From NCBI RefSeq assembly GCF_009914755.1, contig NC_060940.1: a stretch of DNA of 64,000 nt. The stretch is one strand, 5' to 3'. Numbering within the stretch: the first letter of the stretch is position 1; every line of letters starts with the position of its first letter. The stretch comes from the human T2T-CHM13v2.0 reference genome, Homo sapiens. The notes under the pieces are model-generated. The model saw nothing but the letters and a program-made list of their open reading frames with translations, made no database searches and was not told the DNA's origin. The translations under genes and the position numbers were made by a program. Below, one piece after another: positions 57,448 through 64,000 of the stretch.

Positions 57448-57744
57448 GGCCAGGTGTGGTGGCTCACGTCTGTAATCCCAACACTTTAGAAGGCCAAGGT
57501 GGGAGAATCACTTGAGTCCAGGAGTTCAAGACCAGCCTGGAAAATATAGTGAGACTCCATCTCTACAAAAATATTTAAAAAATAGCCCAGTGTGGTGGCA
57601 CATGACTGTAGTCCCAGCTACTTGGGAGGCTGAGACAGGAGGATCATTTGAGTCCAGGAGTTCAAGGCTTCAGTGAACTGTGATTGCGCCACTGCACTCC
57701 AGCCTGGGCAACAGAGCAAGACCCCGTTTCTTTAAAAAAAAAAA
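57448..57744 (+). mobile_element. AluJ
   Basis: J diagnostics; A-tail; degenerate TSD AGACATTTAAGTAG/AGGCATTTACGTAAG. Confidence 0.88.
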
Positions 57745-59399
57745 GGCATTTACGTAAGAACGAGTAGGAACCAGGTAGATTTGTGACAAATTATATCAAG
57801 CTACTGGGACACAGGAACTGAACTTGGCAGCAAACCCCTCTTTTATGTAGCCTAACTTATTGAAAAGAAGAACCACTTTGTGTGATCCCTTTGATGGCTA
57901 ACTTGTCCTTGTCAAGATGGCCCAATAATATTGCTGGCAACTCTGTTGACTGTTTCTGGTGAGAGTGGTCAGTTTACACAAGTTGAAGGCAGGGTTAAGA
58001 CACAAATGGGAAATAAAAACCAGGAAAGACCCACACAGAAGATTTCCCCTATATCATCAAGTCATAGAGTGCCATTTTCAGCATACTCATTGCTTATCAA
58101 ATAAATACTCAAAACCATGATTTGATAAAAAGAAGCATACGTCTTTCTCTTTACTAAATTAAATTGAATTAAAATTTATTTTTATTTGAAATATTTGGAT
58201 GTTTCTTGAGATAAGTGTTACTGAGGTGAAATAAATTGAGGCTTACTAGCAAACAGAAGAGGACTGCTCTTGCTGTTGAAAGATCAATAGCTCTAACTCA
58301 AGCATCCCATTGCTCATAGCCCAATGCACATTAGCATATTACATGTTTTGAGAAGTCTTGCAGTGAAGAATTCTAGTTTTGCAGCACATCATACATTACA
58401 TGACAATGGGGCATGTGTATTCAGGCAACATCTCTTCATTCTCTATAGAGTGCACTTTGAGAAATGTGCTGTGAGCTACGTTATAATTATTTGAATTCAA
58501 CCCCACTCATTCCTACCACCTTGCACAGTGCTCAACCTATAGTAGGTGCTCGCCATATATTTAGAAATCCCTTTTCAAGGTGCTTTAGCACTCACGACAT
58601 TATTTGATCCTTGAAACATAAAGTTGTCCTCTTATAGACAAGGAAGAAGAGGGACAAAAAGTTCAGTGATCTGCCCAGGGATCACACAACTAGAAGTGGT
58701 AGAATAAGGATTCTTATTGACATCTGCTCTCTCTAAAGTGTGTTTTTCATGCCACCACCCCAGGAACCACCAGGGCAAGAAGTAGAAAGTCGTTGCAATA
58801 CCATAAGAATGAGAGCCACCTAACGCTACAGTCTCCTCTGCATCCCTATTCTCTCCTAAGACTCAGCATGAATGTTTCTATATCAGGCCTAGTCTCATTT
58901 TGCTTTGTTCAGGTCTGCAATCTAAACAATGGCTAAATGGGGCATGTGGTTTCCAGTCTAATTTTTCTTACTTTACCTCCTTATTTTTCTGAAAGTCTTG
59001 GCTAACCAACAACTTGGACTTTCATAGCAGGCTTGAGCTGCATCGAAGCTGGGTTACTCCTGGCTGAAATGCTAAGATACCAGGACAGATACACTGCGGT
59101 GTATGTTCCCTGACCAAGGACAGTAGGGTGTACGCGAAATTCAGGGAAATAAAACATGATTTTGGGCCCACCAAAGAGAGAAATGTTATACATTTATGGG
59201 TTGGGAAGGCTAGACTGAGCCTTGGTGAGGCAGGAAGTCCAGAAAATTCTAAGACAGTATCAGTTTTTAGTCTTTTTTAGTCCCGTCCATGTTGTCTATG
59301 CATGTGAGCTTCCTCCAGTACCCGCATATCATGGTCTTCCCTAGCACAATAGCCTAGATTGTCCATAGCCCAGGAGGCACACAGTACCTATGCCTGACC

Positions 59400-59885
59400 C
59401 TCAAGGCCTCCCAGAATACAGCACGCTGCCCTCTGCACACCTATCTGCCTGTCATTTCTCTATCCAGATTGGTATTCTCACTACTCACCTTCATCTCTGG
59501 CCCAAGCTCACCCAAACTGTGCCACCATTTACGCTGTCTCCTGGAACACTCTACCTGGTCCACTCTGTCTTTCTTACTCCTACCCATTCTTCAAAACTCA
59601 GATCTAGTCCCACTTCTCTGAAGTGTTCCCTGACAATTCTAGACCTCGTTGATTCTGAGTCTGACTTAGGTGGTCTCCCCTTTGGCTATATCAGGTGATA
59701 GAGTCCTGAACTAACACTTGAACTTTGCTCAGGTGCACTTGTCACACAAGATAGATTTTAAGTTTCTTGACTGTTATCACATATCTTCAAGGTCCTGTGC
59801 CACCACTTCCTCAGTTCCCTGGCAGTTAGCAGGGTTTGAGGCCCAAACAAGCACTCTAGTTCCCATTCAATCCTTGTTCATTGCA
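59400..59885 (+). mobile_element. L2 3' fragment
   Basis: CTCCTACCCATTCTTCAAAACTCAGATC..CCCACTTCTCTGAAGTGTTCCCTGAC..AGATTTTAAGTTTCTTGA. Confidence 0.55.
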
Positions 59886-61864
59886 TGATGTTCTCCAGAT
59901 AACCCTGAAGGGGAAAGCATTTGTATAAATGAATGTACAATAGCGGATGATTTCATGAGCAATTTTTAAAGACTGGTTATTGCTAGCTTTTTTTTGTAAA
60001 GTGCTTACTAAACATCAGCTATTTATACTAGGTACTTTACATAAATTATCTCCCAACAATTCCATGATATCAGGGAATTGAGTGAGCCTCAGAGAGGTTA
60101 AACAACTTGCCCAAGCTCACACTGGAACTAGTAAAAATGAGATTCAAGTTCAATGAAGAACATTTCATTGGTGGCAGCTGCCACTCCAGGTAGGAAGTTA
60201 TTCATTTTCCATTCCAGCATACTGATGCTGCAGTTGAAATCTTCCTTTGTTCCCCTAGCAGCTGGAAAATGGACTCTGCCTGTTCTGTGCCAGCCACTAT
60301 GAGGCAGAAGAGCCGGGCTTTGACAAAGGACCCTTGGAAGACCAGCTTCGGTCTATGCTGTACCGCACCCCCTCTACCCGCCTATGGTCTGGAACCACTG
60401 TGGTTGCTGCCCTTCCTCCTGCCTCTTCCAGCTCCCTCCTCGTCCTCAGCCCCCAACCCTGCCATTAATGAGAATCAGAAGGAGAGTGAGTGAGGACTTG
60501 AAAGAGTAATTCCTTCCTTATTTATAGGTCTCCACTGGAGGACCAGAGGCGAGGAGTGTGGTCTCTACCCTGAAGCGAGGAGCAAAGCCCTCGTAGGGGG
60601 GCTGGGTCCTGGCTGGGCTCGGCCTGTGACCCTTTGTGCCTTAATCTCCCCAGCTGTACAATTAGGTAAAAGTTGGTCTACAATGAAAGCCAGATGTTCC
60701 ATCAGGAGCAAAGTCTCCTGGGCAAACAAATTAAATAATAAATAAATGCTTTCAGTTTTACTAGCAACTGGCCATTCTGTGCCTCCTCCCAGGCTCCAAT
60801 TAGAGTACTCCTGTTGTCTTGTGGGGTTTTAAAACCCAAGCATGAATAAGAAAGAGTCCTGGAAAGCCAGAAATGTTTGCTAGTTTTGATTTTGATTTTT
60901 GTTGACTGTTGGCTTGGGTTTGGTTTCATGCAATGTCACAAGACTTTTTTTTTTTTTTTTTTTTTTTTGCAAATCATCGTGAGTTTTAATTTCACATTCT
61001 AGTTTGAGGGAGAGGGGCAGTTAACCAGGTGGTAACCTTTTTTGAGTAATTTGGGAGACATTGATCCTGGAACATCTAATGTGTGAAGGACTCTGGGGGA
61101 TTACAGAGACATAGCGTCCTTTCTCTCAGTCTGCCTGATCCAACCCAAACCCAAGTCAGAAGGACTTGAGCTCCAGGAAAAGCACTCCTGAGCTTGGATT
61201 TCCAACTGCAGCCATTCACTTGAGAATCTCTTTAAAATGTTTATATCAGCCTTCCTGCCTTAGCATCATGTTTGTAAGTAGTCATATTTGGTTGAGTAAA
61301 GAACTTGAAAGGCCTCAGACACCTTGCTGTCATTCATTCTTTTATTAGCAAACTCATTCATTCATTCAACTAATATTTATGGAGCACCTGTTATGTACTC
61401 CACAGTATTCCTGGCATGGAGAGAGCAGCTGCAACTAAGAAGACTAAAGTTCCTGCCCCCTAATAGTAGAAAACGGAAAAAAACAGAATTCCAATTTCAT
61501 AACCTGTTTTGGCATTTAGGGGTCCAGTCATTTCCATTTAAGCCTTTTAAAAATTTCAGGAAAATATGCATTGCCTGATTTAAAAAATGGTACAATTAGT
61601 GACTACCCTATGGCCAGCCACATTTGGGCAAAAGGGAGCTGAGCTTCCCGTTAGTGCAGTTGTGGCTCTCATTTAGTAAGTTCCTACTGTATGCCAAGCA
61701 TGGAGATAAGCATTCCACATAAAATAAGTCACCTCATTTTATTCTCACTGCTTTAAAGTCAAGAAGACTGAATCTGCAAGCATCTTACTTGTGAAAGCTC
61801 TCCAATTTCTGCTAGCTTCTAGGAAACACAAGGAACTGTCTGGGAGAAGGGATCATAATATCTA

Positions 61865-62100
61865 TACGTTTATTCAAAACCTACTATTTGGAAGACATTG
61901 AGCTGGCAACCCTCCATATGTTATCTTGTTCCATCCTCACAACACCTCTGTAAGGTCAATATTGTGACCCCTTTTTTTACAGCAGAGGAAGTAGAGGCTC
62001 ATCAGGGTGAAGTTACTTGCCCCATGTCACACAGCTAGTTAACTATCCAAGCCAGAATTCATACCCAGATCTTTCTGATCCCTAAGTCAGCATTCTCTCA
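61865..62100 (-). mobile_element. MIR
   Basis: ATCCTCACAACACCTCTG..TTTACAGCAGAGGAAGTAGAGGCTC..TTGCCCCATGTCACACAGCTAG. Confidence 0.75.
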
Positions 62101-64000
62101 GTTTCCTCTAAGCATCATGTTTTATAAGCAAAAGAGTAAAGGCTGGAACTAAGAAAACAAGTCTGGATGGATTTATTTAGCTCCCCTTGACTTTGTAAGA
62201 GCCCGAACTCTCAAGACATGCTGTTGAGATTCCCACATTCATCCCTGGAGGGTGATGACCTTCTCAATGAGCAAAAGAAGACACTAAAGCCTGGAACAAT
62301 TGTGCTCTTTCCCTAAGCGCTCCTGGCAATTTCAAAGGCAGAGGGATTTCCTGGCTGTGTCCTGGTGGATTTCCATCAGAGATACTGAGTAGACACATGC
62401 TCTGGTCAGCATTTTCCTGGGTGGACGTGGATAGGGAAGGAGCTAAAGGAAAGTGACATTAGGGGATTGTCTATGCATCCATCCTTCTGTGTCCTTCTGC
62501 ATAGTTCCAAATGCAGACGCAGCTCTTGGGTTCAAGAAAGATATGCCTGATTAGGATATGGGACTTTTCATTCTTCATATCTTGCCTTGTTTTTTGTTTT
62601 GTCAAAATGCACACCTTCTAATGAACAGCAATGATTTTTTGACAAATGTATACGCTCATGTAACCACCACCATTATGGCCCATATAATTTCTATCTTTCC
62701 TTTTCTCTCTCCTTCTCTTCCTCTTTTATTTTCTTCTCCTTAGATGATAATGTGTTTTCTCTGTGTGAAAGCTGGTGATCACAAATTGCGCACATTATTG
62801 GGTAGTTGTCTCTTTTGCTTGTTGTTTTTTCAATGTCTTTACTTGGCAAAATAAAAAGTTCACAACCCTAGGTCTGCAAATTTTACTAGTCTATGAAATC
62901 TAAAGAGCTATTTCTAGAAGAGGAGAAAGAGTTTGCTTGATTGGGAACATCAGAGAAAGTATGATGAAAAGGAAATGGTATTGTGGATGAGGAGTCAACA
63001 TTTTTATTACAAGATGACAAACTCTGAACAAATAAAGTGGACCCAAGGCAGGATCTGAACACCACTGTCTGCCTAAGGAGGATTTAGGCAGCTAGTCCCC
63101 ACATTCCACCTCGGAGTTCCCAGGTGACCTTAGAAGGGGCTGCCCCTCTCTAAGCTCATTTTGCTCATCTGTAAAGTAGAACTGGTTGGTTAAATTATAT
63201 CTGTGGCTTGATTTTTCCTCTGGTAAGATTTGGATTAATTGGCATTGATTTCCCTAGAGCTGTTCAAGGTCTGAACTCTAGGCTAGCATTTCCAGCCCAA
63301 AACAAACACAGTTCTAAATATCAGGCTTCGAACAAGTTCTGCCTAAAGTTTCCCTCCACCTCTTTCTGGGAAGTAATCAAGGGGTCTCTTTCCCAGGAGA
63401 CTGTAATTTGTTGAAAAGCATTTGATTGTTGTATTGAAAGGTTGCACTGTACATGTAAAAAGGTGTTTATGAGGCTTCGTACTGTATAGTTAATAACCAA
63501 CCAAGACCAGAGCCTTTATAACAGGGACCCTGGCTGCGAGCATCTATACCATGCCTTGCTGAGGCCTGCGAATGTATAATTACAGTGGCTGGTGGTCTGG
63601 AATATAAACCTAGGGTGCTTGCTGCAGGCCTGGAGGGCAGCCTTCTCCTCTATCAATGGTAGCACTTTCTGTACCTTTTTCAGGCCAGGCCAAATTATGC
63701 ATCCTTACTCTTTCATTCCAGCTCATTGGACACCTGCAGATTCTAAACAGTAGGCTGCAAAGTTGGCCAAGCAAGGTGCATTTTTAGATGCATTGGTAAC
63801 TAAGAGCCAGGCAACAACCAGTCACAAAAGCGGTCTTGGTGTTTGCTTACTTGTGTGGGAAAACTTATGGCTAAAGGTCCAACTAGGTCAAGCTCTGACC
63901 ATTCCTTGCCAGGAACAGGGAGACAGCCTCTTATGAGGTCTCCCAAATTCTAGTTTGCCCTCACTCCCCAATCCATGCCCCACACTGCAGGGAGAGCACT

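Noticed and set aside
60945-60968. Isolated poly(T)24 (also 30101-30118) as a solo retro-tail
   Set aside because: No convincing TSD or element body.

Overview
Primate (almost certainly human) genomic DNA: repeat-rich, low in GC and gene-poor. It carries many Alu, MIR, L2, L1 and MaLR/ERVL LTR elements, hAT/mariner fossils and several repeat-free blocks that look like conserved non-coding enhancers. The only real protein-coding sequence is a young, intronless HNRNPA1 retrocopy with an intact ORF (insertion 31604-32977, 9-bp TSD, 320-aa ORF at 31666-32628). From memory its substitutions match HNRNPA1L3/HNRNPA1P48, which would place the window in the 16q12 SALL1 gene desert; this needs confirming by alignment. 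Two of its three amino-acid changes (G282E, Y289H) fall in the M9 PY-NLS, its poly(A) signal reads GATAAA, and its 5' junction retains a TCT/5'TOP start. Other notable items: a 3'-truncated, tail-less 7SK retropseudogene; a near-pristine AluYa5; a 149-bp local templated duplication of an Alu end plus its flank; a ~140-bp non-repeat duplication with a perfect 24-bp homeodomain-site core; a G-rich 25-bp minisatellite grown inside an MLT1 LTR; a 20-bp perfect palindrome; and an ultraconserved-like block at ~23.2-23.9 kb. No CRISPR array, tRNA or rRNA was seen. Repeat subfamily calls and parent-gene comparisons rely on remembered consensus sequences, not a search.
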